Source: Antedon mediterranea (taxonomy: Eukaryota; Animalia; Echinodermata). Taken from it: DNA of 64,000 nt. Within the stretch, counting starts at the first letter, position 1. Each line of letters opens with the position of its first letter. The DNA is taken from NCBI RefSeq assembly GCF_964355755.1, contig NC_092678.1, forward strand, positions 19,051,365 through 19,115,364, read 5' to 3'. Below, in pieces: positions 37,400 to 52,039 of the stretch. The notes below the pieces were generated by a model. It saw only the letters and a program-made list of their open reading frames with translations. It searched no databases and had not been told where the DNA came from. The position numbers and the translations under genes were made by a program.

Positions 37400-40300
37400 C
37401 TAAAAAAATAAATTAAAAAACAAACTTTATTATCGTAATTTAAAATTTTTCTAGATTCTTCAGAAGAATCCTTCATCGAAAGAAAGATGACATTTTCTAT
37501 AATCAACCTTTTAAATGAAAACAAAATATTAATTGCATTGCATACTAGGACAACATATAATCTTTGGAAATTATGTAATTGTGGTATTATTCATGACACC
37601 TATTTAGCGAAAACAAATATGAACTACTTAAGCTAGCTATTTTAAAGCAATACCAACACCTCCATTCTCAAAAATCAAATAGTTTTCAATTAACATCATT
37701 GTTGGCTTTCTAACTTTCAATCTATTTTTCCATCTATTGAAAACTTGTTTTTTTTTAATGTGAAGCGCATAGAGGCTTTATGGATTCGTATAAGTCAAAA
37801 TGTATCTATCACCTCTCGGGCTACAGATGTCTATAGCAAAATTGTTTAGAAAAGTTCAGATTTGATCAAAGATTTTGTGTACTCTTGAGCAAACCGTTTT
37901 GATATTGCAATAAGTTTATTTATGTCCAGAATTCAACCAATGGACAAAATGTTAACAATCCTTTTAAAAATAAAATAATTCCAATTTCTTTTTTCTAAGG
38001 TTTTGCACTTTTTAGTGGCATTCAGTGTACAAGTAAATGGATCATAAATCAAGCAGCTGTAGGCTTTTAATAATTTTGTATTTAAGATTTTTTACAGTAA
38101 AACATGAAGCAAGGACATTTCAAAGGCTGTTATTAGATTAGAAACAAAAGGAAAAAAAAACGTGTGGAAATCCAAGATTGTGAACTTGAGACTTTACAGT
38201 GTGAATTCTCAGTTTATGTGCCAAAATAGATTTTACAAAATTTCAATTTTGAGATAACATTTTATTTAATGTGACACCTTCATGCATGCGTCATTGAAAC
38301 ATTATGATGAATTATGATAACATAGATCATTCTTAATTATTAATGTGAATTATGAAGATTTTTGTTATAATTTGACCTTAACTTTTCAAAAAATCTCTTG
38401 ACATTTCTGACAATTTAAAAAAAATCAACATGCAAGCAAACATAATGTTCTATTTTGTGTCTAGCTTACCTGGAAACTAACAATAATCTATTCTCCGAGA
38501 ATGAGATATAACTAAAAAACAGAAATTTATATATATATATTTTTATTTTGAATAAACCCCCTATTGCACAAATAGTATAGTCTACAATGCTCTCATGACT
38601 TTCAAGACATGTAATAGTAGTACAAGTCTGATTTTTTTTTCTGTATATAATTTTTAACTTTTGAGGAAGAAATATTAACATAAAAACAAATACATCCTAA
38701 ACAAAATGATTCAGAAAAAATGTGTCTTAAATTGAAATGAAACATTTTGAAAACCACCATCTTTAGAAACTCCTTAAAACATTCAGAACTTCAATCAAAC
38801 TTTTATTCGATATATTGAATTGTATTCATTATGTGAAATGCTGATAAGCAGAACTTTCTATTGAATTGTTTTACACAGCTAAGCATTAAAAAAACTGTGC
38901 ATAAAACATAACTTGATTATTGTGTTGAAGGTAATGTTTAAATATTGTGGATTAAAAGTCAGCTCTATCTCAAATCTATCTAAACTAAAACGTGTCATAT
39001 TATGGGAAGTGTTGAAAGTATACATTGTTACGCAAGGCAGCATGCGGCAATATGAATTAATTTTAACGGTATTATCAATAGACCTAAAACATTGTAAGTC
39101 AAGAACAACAGGAAACCATCATATTAAATGAATGATCAGGTTTAGTTTCGGCAGCAAGCAATCCGTGAGGTATCTCTTGTTAAACAACTTCCTTTCAAAT
39201 TCCCAGATTGGGTCATCCCAATGTCATGTGATATCTGTGTTTGTCTCCTTGCTGTAGCATATTGCTTTAACCCATTAAAGCAATAACAATAGAATAGAAA
39301 GGAAAATAATTTTCAATTCATTTATGAGACAAAATATTGTACTTTCTTTTGGAAAGATAAATACAAATAGTCAAGGTAAGATATCTTGTAAAGATTGTAA
39401 CTAAATTTGGAATTAGAAAGTTCACAACAAATCAATAACAAGATACAAATCATCCAATTTGAAATAAAATGGTTAAAGGTCAAATATAATAGAAATGTTG
39501 TGTGGGACAATTGCACATTTGCCAATAATGAATTTGAAAGTAGTTAATGTTGATTGGCCGTAAGTAGAAAGGCAGGGACAATTATAACATTTCTGTAGTT
39601 TCTAGGGTATTTTGTCTAAAGTTCTGGTCGATGTGGAACAAGTCTTATCAGATGGGTAAACCCTGGCATTCTGCTTCAATTCAGCCATGTCAATGTTACA
39701 GCATTTTCCCATACCCTCAACCTCAAGATGTACTACCAAGCCCATGGACAAGGCTAGTATAATGCCTACTATTACTTCTGTTGGTCTCTAGTTTGAAAAT
39801 TGCACTCGCAAAAAGAGAACTTTCCATGACAGGCTTGACTAATATGTAATTTCTATTTCAAACCAGTAGGCCTACCATAAACTTGGAACTGCAAACATGT
39901 TAGTTATCAAACTATAGTCCCACTATTTCAGAATATGTCAAAGCCAAATTTATGATGCATAATTGAAACTTTGTTTAATCAGTTAAGGTACTGATTTAAA
40001 TCATCAAACATGAATTAAAGTATTAACTTTAAATGTATAGAACATCAAGATAGCCATTAATAATATTTTCTATTGATGTAGTAGTATTTCCTTTACATGT
40101 AACGACTTCTTAATCGAGTAATTGGTGAATGCTGATTTAAAGTTCTGAAAGATCTAGTAAAGGAACTAATAATTGGCAAATAGAGTTATAAAGGATTACT
40201 ATTCAGAAATTCTATTTAACATAATTTTCATCAACAACTTGATAAGTTTAAAAGATGTTATACATCATGCAAAGAAATGTTTTTATTGAATGTTACAAAG

Positions 40301-43300
40301 ATATAATGGAAATAAAGGTGCGTGTATCTCACAAAGAAGAAATGAAAAGATTACTTATATTCTTAAAACATATCCAAGTTTAAATTTGCAAAAAAATTGT
40401 TTATAACCTATGAATCTTTTATTATTTATTTATTATGACTAAAATTTCAGGCATTGACCCATGACAATACGACCTTAAAGTAAAAAGTGTCTTCCTTAAA
40501 GGAAAGAAATACGTCCCCTTGTGTAAGCTGTGTCCTTATACAAGTGTCCCATGGGTACTTGATGTCCTACACCATGTCCCACAGGGTGTCAACATTAAGT
40601 ATCCAAAATAGCATGCTATGAATTGAAATGGTGCCATTCGGTTGACCTGCAGATTACGTGATGTCGGGACTTTTGAGAGATTCTAGACTGTTGGTCGCTC
40701 TCTTATAAAACAGGTCAGTCAAAATATAATTTAATATAATTTCTTAGTTAATTAGTATTATAATCAGCAAAAATTAAACACTGATTTTTGTTAATTTCAA
40801 TGTAAAAAGTTTATGAGGCAATCACTGCAATATACAGTGTGTACCTGTATGACTAAAAAAAGTTATTTTTTAAATCAAATTTTCGTTTTTCATGAAGGTG
40901 AAAATTAACGTTGAAACTTACCAACGTTTTTTCAATTTTATAAAAAAAGTTAAATACTTGCACAAAGAGTAAACACAATATAGTTGCTGCAATAACTGTA
41001 ATAAAATATTTTTGACATGACCACTAAACCATTTGCATCTAAATATATTTTGCCCTCAAGAAATAAAATTCAAATCTAATCAGATTAAATCTCAATTGAT
41101 AGTTGTTAAAAATAAAAATATAGGAAATGTTTTATTAAAGATTAATAAACCATTTTAATTTGTAAAACCTCAAAATTGCCTCTGCAATATTTTGTTTAAA
41201 TGGCAACATTCCAAATGTGTAGCAAGAAAACAGTGTTGATTCCTGAGGTTTTTTGATTATCGTGTCTTGAGGTATTTGGAACATTCATAATTTTAATTTA
41301 AAGACCCATTCTCTACAATTGTTGACGTTTTGTAAAAAGTATGCATATATATTATTTAAAAACATTAAACCAGGTCATTCCTAAATCTACGTTTACGGTA
41401 AATTATGATAAAAAGAGAAAAACAATGCACTACCTACATGCAGTAGCTTGTGGTGAATGTCATCTCTTAGATCTAAAAACTTTTCAACTAACTGCACCAA
41501 CTTTTTTATGTGCAAGAAAGTTTTTAAAAATTTATGGTATTATTTGTTTAAATTGTTTAAGCAGATGTTATGAATAAAAAAATTAAATCAAATCTATGTA
41601 AAATGAAATTATCCAATAATTACAAATTTCCTTTTTACATTTTCTAATCTTGATAGGAGATTACAAATTTGATATTTTTTAAATGTCAAATGAAGTTCAC
41701 CGTAAAAAATATTTACAATAAAATTAATTGCAACAGCCTTTATTTTAAACCAGCCTTTTGCTACACAGAATTATCCAAATGTTTACAAAAAAGTAAATAT
41801 TTTATGTATTAAAACCATAATAAAACTGTTTAGTATAATAACATTGAATGGCACATGATAAAGAATTAACCAATCACAGGGGCGGAATTAGCATTTTGTA
41901 TAATGAGGCAAGGAACATTCATGCCGAAGATAATGTAGATTAATTGTGTGTTTTTTTTATTTTCTAAAAAGGAAAATATACAGGGAAAGATAAAGGGCAT
42001 GGTTGGTAGATGAACTCCCCTCTAAATCTGGCTCCAAATCCACAGATATACATACAGTAGATGTGTTAGATCAAAAATTCTTTATAACAAACATTTGATT
42101 GCCAACTGGCACTTTTTGGTTCTCCGGTACTTTTTATATTTTACTGTGAAAGAAAGCATTTAGATTTGGTCTTTATCGCATGGTTAGCAAATTAATGTTA
42201 GCATCTTTCATTTCGCTAAAGCATGGAAGTATTTAATTAACAAATTGCCAGGTTACCTAATCAGCTAAATCATTAGGATACGTACCTTAAATAAACCACA
42301 ATGACGTCATGGTTTATACCCACATCAAAAACACGTCTTATGCGATAACAGCATTTGTGAAATAATGTAAGATTTATTCGCTAAATTTTGCATAAATTGT
42401 AGTTTTACTTCACAATCAGGAAAATAAAGGTTGATGTGTGGTAATTTTCTGTTACAATCAGGGTACAGTATTATGTTTCCAAGTGGGCATTGTGGAAAAC
42501 AAAAACAAAATCTTTCAGGATGATAGGAATTAGCTAAATTATAATGTATATATTTATAATTTGTATAATAACAAACCTTCATATTTTTCAGTATGCTAAA
42601 ATAATTTCTAAAAGCAATGTGTGTATGTTTGCTTTACAAATACAGTAAAAGAAAATCAACAGAAATGATTGATTGTTAAGCTTTATGAATAAGCTTTTTT
42701 GATAAAAATAAAAAATTACATTTAAACTTTATATTGGATGTGATCAAGGTGGTTGGAAAGAATTAAGGGAATGCTAATCCTGGAAGCTTGAAAATTGTTT
42801 TAAAGAGAATTATTGAGTATGTTAAATAGTTTAAAAGGGCTACGGAATATGATAGCCTGCTAGACTACCTAGATTCAAATATTACTCATGAAGTACCAAT
42901 GAGGCGACGTTGAAAAGTAAGACAACACGAATCTCTTTAAAAATACAAACAGCCCTTGCTCTTGAGTGATTGCTGACTAAGTGTTGCATAAAAAATTTGA
43001 TCATTAGCATAAAACAGGTGTAACAGCATAAAAACACCTGCAGAGTTCATTTGAAATAATCGGAGACAGTCAACTCATAAAGTATAAATTAAATTTGATA
43101 GAACGGTTAAATTATTTATGTCTGACGCCAATACAAACAATCTGATGTTATATATTAAGCAGTTAAAACCATAAAATATTCTGCCAAAACCAATTATATT
43201 GATTACAAACCACAGTACTTTTGGAATTATTGAAAAGATGGAGAGTTGATATTGAACACAAACACCAACAAGTACGACTTACAGTTATTTAAAGTTAACT

Positions 43301-43494
43301 GTATCTATCTATCTATACACCAATATAAGCACTTTTCATTTTCAAGGAGAGAACATTAGGACAGTGGTAACACCCATACACACCTCACAATTTCTTTTAT
43401 GTCAGTTTATCCAGGTAAGCAGCATTTATATACTGTACTACCAAAACCACTATTGTGTAATTTTTTTCAGGACAACCTAAAAAAAATGTCTTAC

Positions 43495-45874
43495 CTCTGT
43501 GCCTTCCATAATAGCATTAACTTCCATTGAATCCTCCTCTTGTATATCTGCAATCGGTGTCGTTTCTTCAGTCGATTTCTCCCAGAAGTTTGCAGTTCCA
43601 GCGGTAGTGGTATGATCAGGCGTACTTACCGTACGTTTCACGCTTATTCCTTCATACTCATATGGGTCACGATTATGCATCATCAATTGATGACTCCAGT
43701 CTAAATGACTTGTCCTCTCTAAACTCATACGCACATCATCCCCATTTTTATAATACATTGTTCGTCGCGGCTTTGCTGGAGGTCGACTAACGCTAGATAA
43801 ACGCCGGCAAACTGCTGAAGTTAAGTTCATTTCCAATGATTTAGATTTCATTTCAATATCTCCAAATGCGTCCACATCAAATGACGCCTCACCGATATCT
43901 TTAAATGCTTCATCTAAAGACTGCGCAATTAAATTTTCAAAACTACTACTTAAACTCACGGTATCCTCAGTGACCTCACTCAGATCTGCATCTGAATAAA
44001 GTTCACTATCACGGTACCGTTCACGAAAACTTGCCTTCTTCCAGAGTTTAGTGAACGTAGGGGAATAGTCAGATATTGGAGAACTTGGAGGAGACGGTGA
44101 TTTTATTTCGCGTTTTTCTTCACATTTTCCTCGTATTAATGCTTCAACAATGTCAATTTCGGTATATTCGTCAATAATTTCTTTCCCTTTACTTGAGTTA
44201 TAAACAAACGATTTTTCTTCATTATCGTCCTTTATTTCATTTACAGAGAGAATTACACACTTTTCTTTGCGTAACCATGAGCTTGTACTGTCTGTCATGC
44301 CTTTACCGTTTCTATCATCATCGTCGTCCTCTTCCCTATGATGTGCTATATCCTGGTCCTCCTCAGCCAGTTGGCTTTCAGTTTCGGATTTTTCCGAAAA
44401 GTTTTTCTCATCTTCAGAGCTTTCTGAAGAAGGCTCTTGCGAAACATATTCCACATTATCGTAAAAGCTTCTTCTTTTTTCTTTCTTTTTCTTCGGTTTT
44501 TGTGGTTCAGATGGATCGTCTAACAAATCATCTTCAATAATAATAAATCTTCCGACCTGTTTAACACGAAGTTCGTCCAATCCTTCTGGCTGTGCCGACC
44601 CTGATAATTCCTGGCTTTCTTCAATGTTTTCAATTTTAAACACAATTTCTTCAGCCTTTCCTTCATTTATAGCATTATCCGCACGGAACTTTTCACACAT
44701 ATCAAAGTCAATTTCATCATCTTCATTAACACTGACTTTCTTTTTATGTATACTGTCATTTTTACTAAAATCATTTCCTATTGCTTTTTCAAGATCTGGT
44801 AGTGGATTTTTTATGTAGAATTTTGAATTTCCTCGAACAAGACAACCACCTGATTTTCGATCAAATTGTTTTTCACCTTCAAAATTTTGACTATCTTGAT
44901 AAAAGCGGGAATAACTTTCAGCCTGTCCCATCCTGATGTCTGTTTCTTCGTCAGTATCTATATAATCCTCTGGTGGAAGGTCATCACTTTCTTTAATATA
45001 AACCCAGTTATCTTCTTCATCTGCTTCTACTTTTTCTAAATCACTCAAATTTATGGCATTTTCATTCCCACTCAAGTTTTCCTCGGAACCATAGTAACCT
45101 TCTTGACTCAATACTTCATGCGACGATTCAAATTCAGCTTCATCAATGTCTTCAGCCGGAATAACATGAATTGACGGAATAAACTTTTCTGATTCACCGG
45201 GAAAGGTTAAAGAAACAAGGGGCACTGGCCTATTATGAGCATCCCCGATGGATTTTCTAACTGCTTCGTCGTATACACTCTCACTCGCCTGACTAACAGC
45301 AGTGTGGGACTGCTTACCGGTTTCTGACACACTGCTGAGTGGTGATCCAGGGTTTTCCGATTGTTTTGCAATGCTAGGCTCCTCCCCATTTGGTTGATCA
45401 TCTGTCAAACTTGTTGAGCTGGTAAATGCGTTACTTTGCAATGTATTGCTGTCAAGGTTGATCATAGGCCCACTGCAATCACTCATTTCCTCCTTGCCTG
45501 TGAGATCACTTCCTGTAGTCTGCATCTGGGCTGGAAACGCTAGGCCATTGGCTAGTTCAAGTTCTTTACACTGAGCCAACAAATTGCCTTGCATAAATCG
45601 CTGCAGCTTATCACTGGTACTTTTACTCTTGTTGTAGCTGCTGAGGTCTTCCGTTGATCTCTCGGAACTGGAATCATCTTCGTCCGAGCTGCTTCCTAAA
45701 AGTTCAAGACGAACTGAAGCACTGTTGGAGAATGTTACACGTCTGGGCATTGACCTTTGAACTCTGTTTGGTATATCACCCGTGGATACATATTTCTTTA
45801 AAATACCATTCATACAAGTTGGATTTATTTCTTTTTCAAGATATTCTTCTTCAAAAGAAAGCTTTTCGCTGTCA
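43495..45874 (-). CDS. Minus-strand gene, coding exon 7 (2380 nt): acidic, Ser-rich, likely disordered region with GILK and RVxF motifs
   Basis: Open for 793 codons. tttcAG and GTAAGA sites. Phase 2 to 0 matches both neighbours. Confidence 0.9.
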
Positions 45875-46085
45875 CTGAAATAAAAAGAAAGACATATGTT
45901 TTAAAATTGAAATTATATTTACTCTTTTAAACATATGGTAATTTAAAATTCAATTTTCAAATTAAAACATAATTGAAGCTTACAAATGATACAAGAATTA
46001 ACCATGTGTGAAACCATTTATTGGCAAAAATTCTTTAAAAAAAAAACTTATTTAGTAACTTATAGGAGAAAAATTGTTTGCGTAC

Positions 46086-46272
46086 CAGTCTGCTTTTTCG
46101 TTGTCATTGTTACGGAAGTAAACACGCACTCTTGCAAGTTCTTTCATTATATCCAGGTTGCCTTTGTGAGCTTCCGTGACCTTGTCCATTATTGGTAGGG
46201 CATGGTCTTTGGTGTAGTCGATGACCTCTAGCGCTGATATGGTCAGTTTCTCTGCATCTTCCTCCTCATAAT
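46086..46272 (-). CDS. Minus-strand gene, coding exon 6
   Basis: tttAG and GTACGC sites, phase 1 to 2. Encodes DYEEEDAEKLTISALEVIDYTKDHALPIMDKVTEAHKGNLDIMKELARVRVYF... Confidence 0.82.
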
Positions 46273-46429
46273 CTAAAATGTATAAACAATTTGTAAGCAA
46301 TTCCAGTAAATTGAATTTGATTGAATGGCTTAAACGTTATTGCTATAATACATCATTTTATGTTATATCGTGGATTCAGGAATAAACCATGTCAAATTAT
46401 TTTACTGCAGTTCCAGAATGTCAATCATT

Positions 46430-46598
46430 TAGGCTTGTTCTACACTATCAAAGTTTATGTGACAACAAAATGTGATGTGTCCATAATATACTGTATGGAT
46501 GATGTTATATCACTACCATATTTTGCCATATCACTACCATAATTGGGCACATCACACATTTTTTTGTCAAACTAATTTGATAGTGTAGACAGAGCTTT
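46430..46598. mobile_element. MITE family copy 3 (near complete)
   Basis: CTACACTATCAAA...TTTGATAGTGTAGACAGAGCT, with internal arms AAAATGTGATGTG / CACATCACACATTTT. Confidence 0.78.
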
Positions 46599-47065
46599 AG
46601 ACCTCAAGTACACATCATTCGGAAACTAATTTAATAATAACTAATTTCTTTACAACGTACTACACAATTTGCTAGTTATGTATACTGCCCTCTATTTAGT
46701 GAAACTGTATCATTCAAGTTTAAGGGTGATTTTGAAAGTCTAAAACGGATATAACTGAAGGAAAGAGCGGAGGCAGAAAGACTGCGCTAGCTGATGTGAG
46801 ACAACCGACCAATCAGAAAATGCTTCAGGTAGTGGAGATATCGGGACATTAATAGAATTTAATTAACTAAGTTGACAGACGACTTTGGCTTAGGGCTACG
46901 GAATGATAAGCTTAAGAAGTGAAAGGATTAGAGGTTAATTTTTAAATATAATACTTCCAGTGGGAAGTTCATTTAGTTAAAATATGAAATATGATGGCCA
47001 TTACAAATGATATTAGTGAGTGCAACATACAACGTGACAATGTATTAATAATTGAATTATGCCAT

Positions 47066-47322
47066 TTAATTAAGTTTCAATCAAACTACAAATTCAAAGA
47101 TTTTCTTTATTTTTCATGTATGGGGGGAAAATGCAGTATACTGTATATACATATAATTTGCCATTTTAATGTAACATAAAATATTCACCTCATTAACCAA
47201 GTTAAAAGAAGAGAGATATATATTTTTTTTTGGCAAAAGTTAATTAGGTTTCAATCAAACTACAAATTCAAAGATTTTCTTTATTTTTCATGTATGGGGA
47301 GAAAATGCAGTATACTGTATAC
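47066..47322. repeat. ~80-bp local direct duplication (47066-47148 and 47240-47322)
   Basis: TTTCAATCAAACTACAAATTCAAAGATTTTC...GCAGTATACTGTATA occurs twice. Confidence 0.85.
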
Positions 47323-47467
47323 ATAATATAAGTTTCTTAAATGCATTTTTACTTTGAAACATTTTTATTTCTTTCTTGGGTCACAGGCAATTGAGACAAA
47401 CACAGAAGGAACTGATCCATGTTTTTACCTTTAATTCTATTAGAGTTTGCTAATAAGATAGGCTATC

Positions 47468-47703
47468 TTGTGCACTTTAAAAATCCTACTATCTTTCGAG
47501 ACGAGTAGGGGGTAATTACCCCGGTTTACTTCATACACAGCTACTGTCACAAACTCATCATGTATATATATTCACCGGGCGGTTTAGAATTTATTCTGTG
47601 CCTGTGATGTTTATATACTTTATATATATATACTGGGCCCTCTGGGAGAACAGTCTTATACTGAAGAGGCTACCCAGTATAAAGAATAAAAAACAATAAT
47701 AAA
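47468..47703 (+). mobile_element. 5'-truncated Deu-domain SINE
   Basis: GTGCACTTTAAA...TTTCGAGACGAGTAGGGGG...ACCCCGG and tail GGGCCCTCTGGGAGA...CTGAAGAGG, as in the 55413 copy. Confidence 0.78.
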
Positions 47704-47745
47704 TCTAGACTTGTGTTTTTTGTATACAGAATTAACCCATCATAC

Positions 47746-47893
47746 CCTGTTGTACAACCCAAGTTGACACAGAGTGCATCGTTGCCAGTACATTTGCAAT
47801 CACTCGGCAGCCAAGTTTCTGTAAGACTTTATTGTCAAGGTGTCTTTCCATTGCATGTGTTACCACCTGAATTCCACTCTCTCTAACTGGTGC
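47746..47893 (-). CDS. Minus-strand gene, coding exon 5: ARM-like repeat
   Basis: ccacAG and GTATGA sites, phase 0 to 1. Encodes APVRESGIQVVTHAMERHLDNKVLQKLGCRVIANVLATM... Confidence 0.83.
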
Positions 47894-49316
47894 CTGTGGA
47901 AAACACAAATAAATATATATATTTTGTTGAGCCATTTGAATTCTGGAAGAATTACATTCATAATACAGTCAATAATCCCAGACTCCATGAAAACTGTTAA
48001 GAATTGGAATCAATAGCCAGACTTTTTTTGGGAAACCAGACATTGCAAACCCATTGGTTTTCGGTATTCACTTTGTACTGCAATATCAATGTTTTCTTTC
48101 ATCTACAGTATGTGACAACTGAAGTGTTAAATAAAACATTTTATATAAAAGCTAAATAAATTCATGTCATTTGATTGGACGATCGTGGGTCACATGGCGT
48201 GCAATGTAAGCACTATTTAACAGTCATTGAACAGTACTTTTTTCTTTTTTTTTCGCATATGAAAAATAATTTACTGTGATTCTGAACATGAAATCCCAAA
48301 AACCCCTGCTGAAATTGTAAAACTGAAAAATAACATTTTAAATAAATTTTATTTATATTAAAAAGTAAACAAACTTATCTAAAATGTTTTACACAACTGT
48401 GCTATTGTATCATCAATTTCCAGTGAATTGTTTTTGATGTAAATTCATTCATGTTTACTGTCCTATGCAAACCTATTGCTATTTTTTTTTATTCATTCTA
48501 TTTCTAATTTACATAGCGCCAGTGCGCCCTCATGGGCTGGCGTTGTTCGTTCGTGGTGGCTTTGATTTCCATGTTGTTGTATTGAGTTATTGATAGTATT
48601 AAAATACATTGTTCGCATTACATCTGTCTATGTGTGATCTGTGTAGAGTTTTAGCATATAAACATCAACCCTATTGGCGTAGTCTTATAATACTGTATTC
48701 TGTAATGTTATTGTGGAATAAAAAATATAAATGAATATTACAGAATGCCTGATTGCCAATTAAGTACAATCTTTAGTCCCATATATAATTATGTGACTAA
48801 ATTTATCTTGGACAAAACAGTATGGGAAATAATCAATAAAAATGTAAAAATAAACATAAATGATTATTTTCAATTTTTATAGGTAGCCCTCACTAATCAT
48901 GAAAGCACTTTGATAAATTAGACTCTAGTGATGTTTAAATTTAATGTGTTTTTTCATTCAATGCAACACAATTTCATAAATATATCTATTCAATGCACTC
49001 ATAAAGAAAAATGGTGCATAAGTTTATTTTTATTTATTTTAATTATTGTTCACTTGTCTTCAAGAAAATGTATTTATTTGAATAGTTGTGTTGTAGAAAA
49101 TTGTTCCATAATATCTTTTGGAATATTTTGTTATAATCATGGGGAAGTCTGATTTTTTTAGTACATCAGAGTTTCATAATAAACTATTATATAAACTTTT
49201 ATTTTTTGAAAAAAATGACTGAAGCCACTTGTCCATGCCACATTGTTGCTTTACAAGTAACATTTTTTTATATAATTTAAATTAAAGTTGAAAAGATTCA
49301 ATGACGCAGGCCTAAC

Positions 49317-49523
49317 CTTTTGCTTTGGAGTTGGTTTAAACTTTGCGATATTGCTTAGCAATAGACAGCCATTTTCTTGTATTTCTCGCTGGTTAACATG
49401 AGCAGCCATCGCGCCCATCATGGTTGCCGCAACTTTCATCTTCACAAACACTTCAATGTTTTCTTCGACTTGACTGAGGACGCTTAATAATTTTACCCAA
49501 AGAGCATTGTGCTCAATCGGTTC
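49317..49523 (-). CDS. Minus-strand gene, coding exon 4: ARM-like repeat
   Basis: caatAG and GTTAGG sites, phase 0 to 0. Encodes ...VAATMMGAMAAHVNQREIQENGCLLLSNIAKF... Confidence 0.84.
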
Positions 49524-52039
49524 CTATTGAAAAGAAAGATGAGACAAAATAAAACACATTAATAATAATAACATTAAATAAAATAATAAAATAAGATCAC
49601 TATATCATTCTTGACCCACATTGCTTATTGATCCAAATTGACATGTACGTAATGTATGTGAAGGATGGCCCTATATAAAACATTTGCATCAGTTACAGTG
49701 TCCATATTTTGGTGGAAAAATCTCGATAACCTATATTTCAGTTGAGAATGCCAATCTGTATCAACATTTATATTATTAATATTTAAAACAAAACAATTAG
49801 ATTAAAGAAATGCTTAGTAAAATAGAAAATAAATGTTAAAATACAAAATAAAAATTCAAAAAGCTTTAACGTTGTCTGTTATAAAGTTTATAGAGGACAG
49901 CAGACAGGTTTTGCTTTATCTCATATTTGGCATATTCAATTGGGAATTTTCTATTAAGTACTGTTTCCATTGAGTATATTTATCTAATGGAGAATTGCAA
50001 TCACTATTAAGTAAATACAGATGTTATACAAAAATTCCCAATTGAAACTGCTAATTGAGTTAGTAAAATCTATTTATAATTGATATCAATCATTTCAATT
50101 TCAAAATCGAAAAAGTTTTAGGCCTAAAGATGAAAAATAATTTATTTTTTAAATAAGAAAAAACTAACAAATTACGTCATGTGGAGGAGATACAGTTTAC
50201 AACAAGTGCATAGTGCTGTAGCCACCAGAAATAAAGTGGTGGGTGGTTGCAAGAAAAGAGAACAATCTATATGGGTTGTCTTTAGGCCTCTCTGTGTAAA
50301 AGTGGTCAGGTTGAAACCTTACCAACCGAACTGGTGGCTACAGCCCTGGATTAGAATCACAGACATTTGGTTAAAAGTAAGTCAAACAAGTTTGTTTCCT
50401 TTAAAGATGACAAGAATCAATTTGATACAACATGTCACGTTTTTTTACTAGGTTTTGTTTTTTAATTGGAGCTTGGTTGTTTTTAAGTTTTAAAAAGGAA
50501 TTGCTAATTGGACCTCTAGTAGAAATTATCAGTTACTATTTTTCATTTATATATTATGTAAATATAACTGCAACCAATAGATAACAATCTACAAACAAGA
50601 TGATCTACAAAGGTCTTTAGAAGTAAAAGTTGTTTTTTCTCATTAAATCATCATTATATCTAACCTGATTTAAACCCAGGTTCCCACAATTGATAGGAAG
50701 TGCCTAGCTGCAAAAACAATAACAAAGGACCTAATATTGAAAAAATTGAATTGTGTGAGTAAGAATTATGACAATACAATAAATAATACTTGAAGTTGTT
50801 ATATATATATATGGATGATGACTAACTTGAAGCGATGGGCTTCAATTCCCGGAGCAGGTGGTTTCTAGTTATATTCCCGTTGGGAAGAAGCGATTAAAAT
50901 CACAGATAATTTAACAGGGTTAAGAGGAAGTGTGAAAATAAAATTCCTAAATTCAAAAATTATGTTAATAATTATCTAATTAGAGATGTCTGAAATTCAT
51001 AATTACCTGCAATTAAAGATTATTCTTTATAAACTGAACTGGTTCGTTTTAATGATTCAAAATTACAGAAGAAATTATCTTTAAATAAGCTAGCTGGCCG
51101 CATCAGTTGGAAAGAAAATGGTTTTGGAAAGTTAGACACAGATGATGCTTGAATAGTTGTTTCTAAAAGTTTAGGTAGGTTTAGGTTCAGCAAAACTACT
51201 ATCATATTTAATTGTTGATTATGCTTATGACAAATATAATATCACAAAGAAATTAAATAAATCTTACTACTAAAACTGTTTTGTATGATAAAAAAAAATG
51301 AATTTGAAAATGAAATGAGTTAGTTGTGATGTCATAACAACCCATCATTCTTTGTACAGTTACAAGGATATTTTGATATCCTTTTTAAATAAATGGCAAA
51401 AGTCATTAATACCCAAAAAACACAGCTATATCCATGTGTATTGCTAGTGGAGTCATGAAAAAAGAAATTTTTGGAGTAATATAATAATAGTAATACTAAT
51501 AGTTTTGTATTCATTATTACTTCTATTGCACGTTCAACTGTCAGAAACACCATAGCCAATTAAGTGTGAAATTTCTTAGCTGATAATGTTTAATAATTTT
51601 ATTTCCAAAAAAAGGTTAAAACAATTAATCGAAAGGAAGTGAATATACAGTAGTACATTATAATATTAATCTTTTAAATATCTTATTGAATTTTATGTTT
51701 TTTTTCACTTTTATTTGTACTTTAAAATTTGTAATACTGTTATACTCTGAAAATAATATAAACAAAATGCCATGACATATGTAAATGCATAAATAAACAC
51801 ATACAAAAAAATGAGTTAAAGAGTTTGAATGCTATGAAGCTACAGTAAAGTTGAAGAATGGAACATGATAACGAATTCACACAATCAAGGGTTTCCAGAA
51901 CTGCAATCAATTTCTGAGTGTTCCGTTGCATATGTTTATTATCAACATTTAGAAACTTTTTCAAGTACTTTCTCTCTTAGATGTAAAAATCAACATATGA
52001 TAATAATAATAATAACCAACAACAAAAAGTCTTGAGTCT

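Noticed and set aside
43477-45813. Stand-alone single-exon 778-aa gene
   Set aside because: It is bounded by an in-phase acceptor (45875) and donor (43494), so it is an internal exon of the larger gene.
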